Shown: positions 1 through 7,827 of the stretch, piece after piece
Position numbering within the stretch: the first letter of the stretch is position 1
Layout: each line of letters starts with the position of its first letter
NCBI GenBank assembly: GCA_045863235.1
Contig: BTUM01000130.1
Location: 1 to 14,409 of the forward strand
Length of the DNA stretch: 14,409 bases
Direction of reading: 5' to 3'
DNA from: Candidatus Xenobia bacterium
GTDB taxonomy: Bacteria > Vulcanimicrobiota > Xenobia > Xenobiales > QWHO01
Notes under the pieces: generated by a model
The model's database searches: none
What the model was told of the DNA's origin: nothing
The model's input: the letters and a program-made list of their open reading frames with translations, nothing else
Program-made: the position numbers and the translations under genes

Positions 1-118
1 GACCGTAGCATCCCGCCTCCACCCGTTCCAAGCGCGCTTGCCGAAAGCTCACAAATTTCTCGATCCTCGAAAGTGCGTACGGGGGAGTGGAGGCCGTCGT
101 GTCGTATCGGGCTGCCTT

Positions 119-634
119 ATGGAAAACTATTCGCTGTTTGACTCCCCTATCGGTGTGATGGGCATCCTCTGGACCGAGAAGGGGATCTCTGGTATCGCGC
201 TGCCCGAGAAAGACAGCGAAGCGACCGCCGAGCGCCTTCGCCAGCGAGGCAAAGGGGCACGCCCGACCGAGACCGTGAGCCAGGCCATCGCCGCCCTGGT
301 GCGCCATCTCTCCGGCCAACCTCAAACCTTTCAGGAGTTGACCCTCGATTGGAGCAAAGTGCCGCCCTTTCACCGCGCCGTCTACGAGCGCGCCCGCCAG
401 GTGCGGCCGGGCATGACCATCTCTTACGGCGAGCTGGCTCGCGACCTGGGCAAGCCGGGTGGAGCCCGTGCGGTGGGCCAGGCCATGGCCCGCAATCCCT
501 TCCCTATCGTAGTTCCCTGTCACCGGGTGGTGGCTTTCGGGGGCCGCCCGGGGGGCTTCTCGGCCTATGGCGAGACGGCCGCCAAGGCGCGCCTGCTGGC
601 CCTGGAAGGGGTCGAGCTGGCCGGGGTGCGCTGA
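119..634 (+). CDS. ogt: Methylated-DNA--protein-cysteine S-methyltransferase (O6-alkylguanine alkyltransferase), ~171 aa
   Basis: Active-site motif PCHRV (515-529), TISYGELA and ARAVGQAMARNP HTH region, N-terminal DSPIG strand typical of Ogt. ATG at 119 preferred over TTG at 38 because the extension does not resemble the family. Confidence 0.95.
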   Translation: MENYSLFDSPIGVMGILWTEKGISGIALPEKDSEATAERLRQRGKGARPTETVSQAIAALVRHLSGQPQTFQELTLDWSKVPPFHRAVYERARQVRPGMTISYGELARDLGKPGGARAVGQAMARNPFPIVVPCHRVVAFGGRPGGFSAYGETAAKARLLALEGVELAGVR

Positions 635-901
635 GCGCTCAGTTCCTTGAGAAGTTGAGCCCCCTCGGGTGGCTGCAGCAGGGTCCTTCCATCCTCCGAC
701 CATGCAACGAAGGCGCGAGAAAGCGGGCCGCTGCGTTTCGGACCAACACGCTCCATGCCTCGATTGGAGCACAGCTCCGAAGTTAACATGAGGTTCATCT
801 CTGCCCCCTCCAAACAAGATAGCTTGTCGCCAGAGCACGCGGCGGGGGGACAGAGCGCACAGCCCGACCCTCCCATTCCGCCTGACCAATGATGATGAAC
901 C

Positions 902-906
902 GGAGG
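902..906 (+). promoter_or_regulatory. Shine-Dalgarno GGAGG for the 915 ORF
   Basis: GGAGG lies 8 nt upstream of ATG 915. Confidence 0.75.
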
Positions 907-914
907 GTTTTCCC

Positions 915-1712
915 ATGTCTATGACCTTGAGCGCTATTCAGCTTCCGCTTTTCACCGCACCTTTGAAGGGCCGCGAGGAGCCCCCGGCTCCCGAGCCCCC
1001 GGCCCCCGAGCCGCCCGCTCCCGAGCCCCCCACTCCCGAGCCCGGCATCGACTTCTCGCGCATCGACTGCCCCAACAAGGCCCTGCTGCTGCCCACCCTG
1101 AACCCGGCCGCCGTAGCCACCGTGGTCACCGGCCTGATCGCCTCCTCCATGACCGGTGCCCCGGCCAGCGCCGCCCTGGCCCTGACCTTCAACGACACCG
1201 CCGGCAGCCTGAGCTACAGCTTCAACCCCAACGACCCCAACGCCCTGGTGACCGCCACGGGAACGCTGGGCGAGGCCGCCTACACCGAGAACTGGGCAGT
1301 CAACACCGAGACCGGTGCCATCACGGTCACGGGCACCATCGGCGAGAGCACCCAGGAGCTGACCTTCAGCGAGTGTGAAGAGCAGAACGCCATGTTCATC
1401 AACGGCCGCGTGGGCGACCTGGCCGTCAGCCAGAAGCTGTTCCTGGTCGAGAGCCAGAGCGGCGACGAGAGCCGCAGCCGCCTGGTGGTGGACGGCGCCA
1501 TCGGCGGCCGATCCTATCACCAGGAGTTGAGCCTCCTGGGCGAGAGCGAGGGCGGCTCGGCCATCGGCACCAGCGGCTACCTGGCCGGCTCCGACCTCAA
1601 CCAGGTGATCTTGACCAGCTCCACCGAGACCGGCGCCAACACGCTGGCCGCTGGCGACGTGGCGGGCGTCGAGGTTACCCTCAATGCCGACCTGGTGATG
1701 GCCCAGCCCTGA
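915..1712 (+). CDS. Hypothetical acidic T/G/S/A-rich protein, 265 aa, with Pro-rich linker and ~6 beta-hairpin-like repeats
   Basis: Strong RBS, strongly C/G-ending codons (ACC, GGC, AAC), downstream terminator. No family recognised. Confidence 0.85.
   Translation: MSMTLSAIQLPLFTAPLKGREEPPAPEPPAPEPPAPEPPTPEPGIDFSRIDCPNKALLLPTLNPAAVATVVTGLIASSMTGAPASAALALTFNDTAGSLSYSFNPNDPNALVTATGTLGEAAYTENWAVNTETGAITVTGTIGESTQELTFSECEEQNAMFINGRVGDLAVSQKLFLVESQSGDESRSRLVVDGAIGGRSYHQELSLLGESEGGSAIGTSGYLAGSDLNQVILTSSTETGANTLAAGDVAGVEVTLNADLVMAQP
978..1043 (+). repeat. 15-bp tandem repeat x4.4 encoding (EPPAP)3-EPPTP-EP
   Basis: gagcccccggctccc / gagcccccggccccc / gagccgcccgctccc / gagccccccactccc / gagccc. Confidence 0.95.
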
Positions 1713-1746
1713 CCTGAGGCTTCAACACCCAAGTCCGCCGCCTTTA

Positions 1747-1783
1747 CGGGCCCCGCACCAAAGCGTGCGGGGCCCGCCTTTCT
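1747..1783 (+). terminator. Intrinsic terminator after the 915-1712 gene
   Basis: Perfect 12-bp stem cgggccccgcac (1747-1758) / gtgcggggcccg (1765-1776), 6-nt loop, followed by cctttct. Confidence 0.8.
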
Positions 1784-1796
1784 CCTGGCGGCCAGC

Positions 1797-1830
1797 GTTT
1801 CAGCTCCCTTTGAGTAGCGAGCGATATTCT
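1797..1830 (+). promoter_or_regulatory. Putative promoter: TTTnAG direct repeat (11-bp period) plus -10 hexamer TATTCT, likely leaderless
   Basis: gtttcagctccctttgag (1797-1814), 10 nt, TATTCT (1825-1830), 6 nt, GTG 1837. The same layout recurs at 9429-9462. Confidence 0.6.
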
Positions 1831-1836
1831 GAGCCC

Positions 1837-3213
1837 GTGCGGATCCATGCCCAAACGCTGCCAGCCAGCCTTCCCGCCCTGCCCGCCCGGGCCTCGGGAG
1901 ACTCCCCCGATCAGGTCACAATCAGCGGCCACGCCCCTGCCACCAACACCATGGAGGCGGCCCGCAAGCTCTTTCACACCGATACCGAGCGGGCCAGGCA
2001 CATCGTGCACTCCTTCCCCATCGACGACGTCCGCCAGCGGGACAACACTTACTACTATCCCCCCACTCCCGTCTTCACGCCCGACGGGACGCTGGTGGTG
2101 GGCACCAACAAGGGCACCGTCCTGGCCTTCGATCCGGTGACCCGGCAGGAGCGGTGGCGGCGAGAGCTCCCCCCCAGCGGCTACAACACGCCCGTGAGCA
2201 CGCCGGATGGGCGACTTTTGTTCTCCAACCAGGAATCCAGCCAGGTTCTCTGCCTGCGCCAGGACGGCAGCGAGGTCTTCCAGGCCGAGCTTCCCGGTCC
2301 GCTGATCCAGGATATTCAGCTCGATTCGAAGGGAAATGCTTACGCCCTGACCAGAGGCCAGATCGTGGCTCTCGACCCGCAGGGCCAGGAGCTGTGGCGC
2401 CAGCCGGCTCCCGAGGAGAACGCCGCCCTGCTCGCCACTCCGGATGATCGGATGGTGCTGGCCACCGCCCAGGGGGTGACCCTGCTCGACGACCAGGGGA
2501 AAGAGCTCTGGAGCCATCCCTGCGTCCTCACGCGCTGCCCCGCCTTTACGCCCGACAACACGATGTTCCTGGCCACCGACGAAGGGGTGCTGGTGGCCAG
2601 GCCCGAGGGTACGATCCGTGCGGCCGACCCGCTGCCAGGCAAGCCCTACGCGCTGCTTGCCGACGCCCGCGGCAACGTGGTGGTGGTGACCGACAACGGG
2701 CACGTAGTCAGCCTGGACAGCCAGGGCAAGGAGCGTTGTCGACGGGACATGCTGACTGCCCTCCCCTCGGCCCCGGCCGTACTCGGCGACGGCACCATCC
2801 TCCTGTGCACGGCCGAATCCCAGGTGTGGAAGCTCGACTCCGACCTGCAGCCGGAGTCGATCATGCACCTGCCCCGCAAGAGCGGCTGGCGCACCATCGG
2901 GATGAACACGCCCCAGGTCGCTCCCAACGGGGCCATCTATGTGGGCCAGGAAGGCAATCGCCTGGACGTGCTCAGCAAGGAAGGCCACGTTTCCTGGCGA
3001 CTGGACGGCTACCATCGCAGCTCGCCGAGCTTTGGTCCGGACGGCAGCCTGGCGGTGGCCCACTACGACCAGGTTCACCTGCTCAAGGAGCGCAGCCTGG
3101 ACGAGGTGCTGGCGGAGCCCTCGACCGAGCAGCCCGTCAGCGCTCAGGTGGAGCGGCGAGGAGACTTCCTGGTGATCGGCGGACGAATGGTGCGCGTCAA
3201 GAAGCCGTGGTGA
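1837..3213 (+). CDS. PQQ-like (BamB-type repeat) beta-propeller protein A, ~458 aa, with low-complexity N-terminal leader and basic C-terminal tag
   Basis: Repeated blade motifs: PVFTPDGTLVVG...RQERWR, PVSTPDGRLLF...GSEVFQ, GQELWR, GKELWS, GKERCR, GHVSWR. Start placed at GTG 1837 because the ORF-track start (1765) lies inside the upstream terminator stem. Confidence 0.85.
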   Translation: MRIHAQTLPASLPALPARASGDSPDQVTISGHAPATNTMEAARKLFHTDTERARHIVHSFPIDDVRQRDNTYYYPPTPVFTPDGTLVVGTNKGTVLAFDPVTRQERWRRELPPSGYNTPVSTPDGRLLFSNQESSQVLCLRQDGSEVFQAELPGPLIQDIQLDSKGNAYALTRGQIVALDPQGQELWRQPAPEENAALLATPDDRMVLATAQGVTLLDDQGKELWSHPCVLTRCPAFTPDNTMFLATDEGVLVARPEGTIRAADPLPGKPYALLADARGNVVVVTDNGHVVSLDSQGKERCRRDMLTALPSAPAVLGDGTILLCTAESQVWKLDSDLQPESIMHLPRKSGWRTIGMNTPQVAPNGAIYVGQEGNRLDVLSKEGHVSWRLDGYHRSSPSFGPDGSLAVAHYDQVHLLKERSLDEVLAEPSTEQPVSAQVERRGDFLVIGGRMVRVKKPW

Positions 3214-3782
3214 CGCGATGCGGTTGGTGCGGGGAGGATCCCCTCTACGTGGCCTACCACGACACCGAGTGGGGGGTTCCGGTTCATGACGACCGCAAGC
3301 TGTTCGAGTTCGTGGTGCTCGAGGGAGCCCAGGCCGGGCTCAGCTGGCTCACCATCCTGCGCCGTCGTGAGGGCTACCGGCGCGCCTTCGCCGACTTCGA
3401 CCCCGAGCGGGTGGCCCGTTTCGACCAGAGCGACGTGGAGCGACTGCTGCAAGATAGCTCGATCATCCGCAATCGTAAGAAGGTCGAGTCGACCGTGACC
3501 AACGCCAGAGCCTTCCTCCAGGTCCAGGCCGAGTTTGGCTCCTTCGACCGCTACATCTGGGGCTTCGTGGAGGGTCGGCCCATCCTCAACCGATTTCACA
3601 CCCTGAGCGAGATCCCCGCCAAGACCGAGCTGGCCGAGACCATCAGCCGCGATTTGAAGCGACGCGGCTTTGGTTTCGTGGGACCGACCATCGTTTACGC
3701 CCACATGCAGGCCACCGGGATGGTCAACGACCACCTGGTGGACTGCTTTCGTCACTCCCAGCTCCTGCCAGGAGGCGGTTGA
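3210..3782 (+). CDS. tag: DNA-3-methyladenine glycosylase I, ~190 aa
   Basis: RCGW...[55 protein letters not shown] (zinc ligands C...H...HxxxC). GTG 3210 overlaps the upstream TGA (GTGA). Confidence 0.96.
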   Translation: MTRCGWCGEDPLYVAYHDTEWGVPVHDDRKLFEFVVLEGAQAGLSWLTILRRREGYRRAFADFDPERVARFDQSDVERLLQDSSIIRNRKKVESTVTNARAFLQVQAEFGSFDRYIWGFVEGRPILNRFHTLSEIPAKTELAETISRDLKRRGFGFVGPTIVYAHMQATGMVNDHLVDCFRHSQLLPGGG

Positions 3783-6498
3783 GCGTGTCGCGGAACTCCT
3801 CGAACACGAGGGGCTTGGAGAGAAAATCGTCCATCCCGGCCTCTCGGCTGGCCTGACGGTCTTCCAGGCGCACGCTGGCGGTGGCCGCCACGATCCTGGC
3901 CGGGACCGTATGGTTCCTGGCCTCCTGCTCGCGAATCAGGCGAGTGGCGGTCAGGCCGTCCATCTCGGGCATGTGGTAGTCCATCAAAATCAGGTCAAAG
4001 CGCTCCTGGCAGGCCGCTTCCACGGCCTCCCGACCGGTGCCCACCAGCTTGACGTTGGGATAACCGGCGATCTGGAGCATCTTCATGGCCAGGCGGGAGT
4101 TGACCGGATTGTCCTCCACCAGCAGGATGCGTCGCTCAGGCCGGCTGAGCGGAACTTCCGCCACCGGCTCCGGGCTGGCTTCCAGAGCCCGCAACAGCTG
4201 GCGGCGATTGAGCGGAAGGTTCAAGCAACCCCTCAGGCTCGCCCGCGCAGCCAGCGCCTGCACTCGAGAGCCGTCCGGGTAGGAGGTGAGCAAAAACACG
4301 GGCACCGTCGCGGGCAGCTTCTCGGGAAGCAGACTCTCGGACTCGACCAGGATGGCCCTCAGGTCGTTCACCTCGGCTGGCCAGCCGGTCTCGCCCCGGG
4401 CCGGCAATCCGGCTCGGCGAACCTGCTCCATCAGGCAGTTGCGCCGATCGGGGTCGACGACCACCAGCAGAACCGCCGGGCCGGCCGGGTCTGCCTTCGA
4501 GCTGGCCACCTGAGTGAGCTGGACCGTGAAACGAAAAATCGAGCCCTCCCCAACCTTGCTCTCGACCTCGATCCTGCCTCCCATGGCCTCCACCAGGCGC
4601 TGGCTGATGGCCAACCCCAGTCCCGTGCCCCCGTGCTTGCGGGTGACCGAGGCGTCCAACTGGGTGAAGGCGCTGAAGAGAAACTGGTGGCGATCCTCGG
4701 GAATGCCCGGGCCGGTATCCTGAATGGAGAACCTCAGATGCTCCGGGTCCACCGGCTCGACCGATAGTTGCACCAGGCCTTGCTCGGTGAATTTGATGGC
4801 GTTGCCCAGCAGGTTGATCAGGATCTGCTTGAGGCGCACGGGATCGCCAACCACGCGGTCGGCTACCCGGGGATCGAGCCGAAGCCTGACCTCCAGCCCC
4901 TTGCGCTGGCCTACGGGAGCCACCGTGCTGAGCACCGTGTCGAGCTCCTCCACCAGGTCGTACTCCACCTTCTCGAGCTCGAGATGACCGGCCTCCACCT
5001 TGGACAGGTCCAGGATGTCGTTGATGAGGGCCAGCAACAGGTTGCCCGACAGCTGAATGGTCTCCACATAGTCGCGTTGCTCGGCCGTCAGCTCGGTGCG
5101 CTCGAGCAGGTGGCTCATCCCGATCACCCCGTTCATCGGGGTACGAATCTCGTGGCTCATGGTGGCCAGGAAGGCGCTCTTGGCCAGGGCCGCGGCCTGA
5201 GCTTCCCGCTCGAGCTTGCGACGCAGCCGGGCATCGAGCTGGGCCAATCGCACCAGGCGCAGGGCCAGCACCAGCAAACCGGCCAGAGCCAGTCCGTAGC
5301 CCAGAAAGAGAATTGGCAGGGAGGACCGACCCGGGGGGAGTCCCACCTCCACCCTCCAGACCTCACCGTCCACCGGGACTGGACGCGAGACAGCAAGCCC
5401 CGGCGGACCGGTCCGAGAGAACACCAGGTCGGGCCCGCGATAGACGCTAACCGAGGCACCTTCGGGGAGCGACCCGGCCACCAGGCGCCAGAGGTGGTCC
5501 TGCAGGTCGAGCGTTGCCACCAATCGGCCCTGCTGGCCAAACTCGAGCTCGAGAGAGAAGTCTGCCTCTCCCGGGGTAGATACCTTCCAGGCCACCCCTC
5601 GGGCGGGATCCACCAGTTCGAAGGACCGATAGCTCGGCGTGTCCTTGAGGTGGGCCCGGGCGTCCTCGGTCCAGGCCTGTCGGGTGGCCAGCCCGGTCTG
5701 GTAACGAGCGAGAATCTGGCGCAAAGTCCGACGGTCCTGCTCCAGCCTCAACCGGCTCATCTCGGCAACCCGGCCGACCAGGTTCTCCAGACGATCGCGA
5801 TGCTCGCTCTCGAGTTGCAGACCGAGCACGTGCCAGAGGGTCAGGTTGGCCACCAGCAGCCCCAGGCCGGCCAGACCGGGAATCCAGGCCGGCACCAGGG
5901 GAAAGCCTTCCTGCAGGTCCCAGGCCAGCATGACCAGGCCCGGACCCAGCAATAGAAACCCCAGAGCGCTCTGCAGCGCCATCCCCGAGAACTCACCCCA
6001 GATGTAGGCGCCGCGCAGGTCGCTCAGGTAGCCCACCAGAGCCGTGTTGGCCAGACAGAAGACCAGCACGCCGCAGAATCCAACCATGCCGGGAGCGACG
6101 CGACCGGCGCAGGCCAGGCCCAGACCCACGAGAACGAAGGCGACGGCGGTGTTGGGAGCCATGCGACCGAGGTAGGGATTGCTCCACTCCACCACACCGG
6201 GCAGGTACCAATCGACGCCCAGGGAGACTCCGAAGAGGTACTCGGCCAGCGTCAGACCGGCCACCGCCAACACTCCCAGAGCCAACCAGAGGGAAACCCG
6301 GCGACGGTTGCTGAACAGACCCGCTCCGGCCAGGAGGAAGCAGAGAGCCGTGCTGGGAGCGATGGCTGGAGCCTCTGGGCGTGTCTGGAGCAGAGCCGGG
6401 AAGCGCAGCAACCAGGCAGCCACCCAGAGAGCGCCGAGTGCTCCTACCAGGCTGCCCAGCAGGCGCAGGGGTTTCCTGAGGGCGTGTCGCCTCCCCAT
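3724..6498 (-). CDS. Membrane-bound hybrid sensor histidine kinase/response regulator, 924 aa (multi-TM N-terminus, extracytoplasmic segment, HisKA, HATPase, degenerate REC, canonical REC)
   Basis: H-box [19 protein letters not shown]-box [15 protein letters not shown]1 DTGPGI, G2 [11 protein letters not shown]-terminal REC with [28 protein letters not shown]. The 3' end overlaps tag convergently by 59 bp. Confidence 0.95.
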   Translation of the reverse strand: MGRRHALRKPLRLLGSLVGALGALWVAAWLLRFPALLQTRPEAPAIAPSTALCFLLAGAGLFSNRRRVSLWLALGVLAVAGLTLAEYLFGVSLGVDWYLPGVVEWSNPYLGRMAPNTAVAFVLVGLGLACAGRVAPGMVGFCGVLVFCLANTALVGYLSDLRGAYIWGEFSGMALQSALGFLLLGPGLVMLAWDLQEGFPLVPAWIPGLAGLGLLVANLTLWHVLGLQLESEHRDRLENLVGRVAEMSRLRLEQDRRTLRQILARYQTGLATRQAWTEDARAHLKDTPSYRSFELVDPARGVAWKVSTPGEADFSLELEFGQQGRLVATLDLQDHLWRLVAGSLPEGASVSVYRGPDLVFSRTGPPGLAVSRPVPVDGEVWRVEVGLPPGRSSLPILFLGYGLALAGLLVLALRLVRLAQLDARLRRKLEREAQAAALAKSAFLATMSHEIRTPMNGVIGMSHLLERTELTAEQRDYVETIQLSGNLLLALINDILDLSKVEAGHLELEKVEYDLVEELDTVLSTVAPVGQRKGLEVRLRLDPRVADRVVGDPVRLKQILINLLGNAIKFTEQGLVQLSVEPVDPEHLRFSIQDTGPGIPEDRHQFLFSAFTQLDASVTRKHGGTGLGLAISQRLVEAMGGRIEVESKVGEGSIFRFTVQLTQVASSKADPAGPAVLLVVVDPDRRNCLMEQVRRAGLPARGETGWPAEVNDLRAILVESESLLPEKLPATVPVFLLTSYPDGSRVQALAARASLRGCLNLPLNRRQLLRALEASPEPVAEVPLSRPERRILLVEDNPVNSRLAMKMLQIAGYPNVKLVGTGREAVEAACQERFDLILMDYHMPEMDGLTATRLIREQEARNHTVPARIVAATASVRLEDRQASREAGMDDFLSKPLVFEEFRDTLNRLLAGAGSDESSPPGGR

Positions 6499-6501
6499 CG
6501 G

Positions 6502-7809
6502 CTATTTCTTCTTCTTTTTCTTCTTGTTCTTTCGAGCTTTGGCCGAGGGGCGAGCCACGGCCGGCTTGCGCGGACCCTCCCCCTCCGCCGGCCCCTCGTC
6601 CTCCTCCTCTTCCCAGTTGACGAGGAACTCTTGCAGGGCGGGCACCAGAGCCATCTCGGCGGGGGTCTCCAGAGTGGCCCCCTCGAGCACCTCCAGCACG
6701 GCCCGCGGATCGGTGTTGGCCAGCGCCGCCAGGGCCTCGTCAGGGCGATTCTGGGCAGCGTAGAGCAGCACCAGGTTGAGCCAGACCTGCTCGGCGTCGG
6801 GATGCTCCTTGACCACCGGCTCGCACAGCTCGACCCCCTCGGCGTAGCGTTCCGAGCTGTAGAGGGCAGTGGCCAGTTGAGAGGCCAGATCGGGGGTGGG
6901 TCGCAGGGCATAGGAGCAGCGAAAATGCTCCACTGCCTCGGCCAGATTGCCCATGGCCATCTCCAACTGACCGCGCAGGCGCCAGGGCCCGGGGTCCATG
7001 TCATCAACGGCCAGGAGGGTCTCGATCAGGTGCAGGCAGTGGTCGTATTCCTCTCGTCGGAGGCAAATGCCGGCCACCTGGAGCATCAGATCGGCTGGGA
7101 GCCGGTCGTGAGGCTGCAATGCCTCCAGGAACTTCTCCGACTCCTCGCGGCGGCCGAGCTGATCGAGCACCAGGGCCTTGTAGGTCAGAACGCGGGGATG
7201 GGTCGACTGCACCTTGCCGATGAGCTGCCAGGCGCGGTCGGGGTGCTCGAGATCGAGGGCGGCCTCCACGGCCGCCTCCACGGTGATCAGATCATCGGGC
7301 CGGTAGGTGGCCGTCTGCTCGATGATCTCGAAGGCCTCCTGGTCGCGTCCGAGCAGCCGCAACACGTCGGATGCGGTGATGGCCAGGTCGGGGTTGTGGG
7401 GCAGCTGACCGAAGGCCTGGACGGCCAGGTCGGCAGCCTCATCCAGGTCGCCCCGGTCGGCCAGGATCAAAGCCAGTTGCTGCAGCCCGGCGGCGTGGTC
7501 GGGCGCGTTCTCCAGCGCCATCCGGAAGCACTGCTCGGCGCGCGCGTACTCGCGCTTCTCCTTCATCGTCATCCCCGTGGCCACCAGCAGGTGGGCGTTG
7601 GAGGGGTCCTCCAGGAGGGCCTCCTTGAGGATCTCGAGCGATTCGTCGTGGCGACCCTGCAGCCCGAGCAGACTGGCCAGGATGGCAGTGTACAGAGCAG
7701 GCTCGTCAGACAGCTCGACCGCCTGACGCAACAGCTGCTCGGCCGCCATCAGATCGCCCGAGGCGATCTGATTCTGGGCCGATTCGAACAGCCTCTTCGG
7801 GTCCTGCAT
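6502..7809 (-). CDS. Tetratricopeptide-repeat protein, 435 aa, with acidic then poly-Lys C-terminal tail
   Basis: Repeated TPR signatures (e.g. AEQCFRMALENAPDHA, GNLAEAVEHFRCSYALRP, VWLNLVLLYAAQNRPDEALAAL); ends EEEEDE...KNKKKKKKK. Confidence 0.9.
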   Translation of the reverse strand: MQDPKRLFESAQNQIASGDLMAAEQLLRQAVELSDEPALYTAILASLLGLQGRHDESLEILKEALLEDPSNAHLLVATGMTMKEKREYARAEQCFRMALENAPDHAAGLQQLALILADRGDLDEAADLAVQAFGQLPHNPDLAITASDVLRLLGRDQEAFEIIEQTATYRPDDLITVEAAVEAALDLEHPDRAWQLIGKVQSTHPRVLTYKALVLDQLGRREESEKFLEALQPHDRLPADLMLQVAGICLRREEYDHCLHLIETLLAVDDMDPGPWRLRGQLEMAMGNLAEAVEHFRCSYALRPTPDLASQLATALYSSERYAEGVELCEPVVKEHPDAEQVWLNLVLLYAAQNRPDEALAALANTDPRAVLEVLEGATLETPAEMALVPALQEFLVNWEEEEDEGPAEGEGPRKPAVARPSAKARKNKKKKKKK

Positions 7810-7821
7810 AGGAGTTGGTGC

Positions 7822-7827
7822 ATTCTA
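7822..7827 (-). promoter_or_regulatory. Putative -10 element TAGAAT for the TPR-histidine kinase operon
   Basis: attcta on + reads TAGAAT on -, 12 nt upstream of ATG 7809. No Shine-Dalgarno is evident. Confidence 0.45.

Noticed and set aside
38..118. 27-aa N-terminal extension of ogt from TTG 38
   Set aside because: Does not resemble Ogt or an Ada-type zinc/AraC domain; family similarity begins at ATG 119.
888..896. AATGATGAT upstream of both the 915 gene and the HDAC gene (10789-10797)
   Set aside because: Short low-complexity 9-mer at different distances from the starts (18 vs 23 nt); could be promoter-related but is not supportable alone.
1800..1827. Sigma-28-like promoter (TCAG...AGCGATAT) before propeller A
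   Set aside because: Poor match to TAAA-N15-GCCGATAA and not reproduced before propeller B; the direct-repeat plus TAnnCT model fits both genes.
1765..1836. GTG 1765 start for propeller A
   Set aside because: It lies in the 3' arm of the terminator, and the extension spans the putative promoter.
2736..3209. Long N-terminal extension of tag (348-aa ORF)
   Set aside because: Arg/Pro-rich off-frame read of propeller A; Tag homology starts at 3210.
6505..6525. Programmed -1 frameshift in the poly-Lys codons
   Set aside because: The run reads G AAA AAG, not a canonical A AAA AAG heptamer, and the downstream gene is in frame 0.
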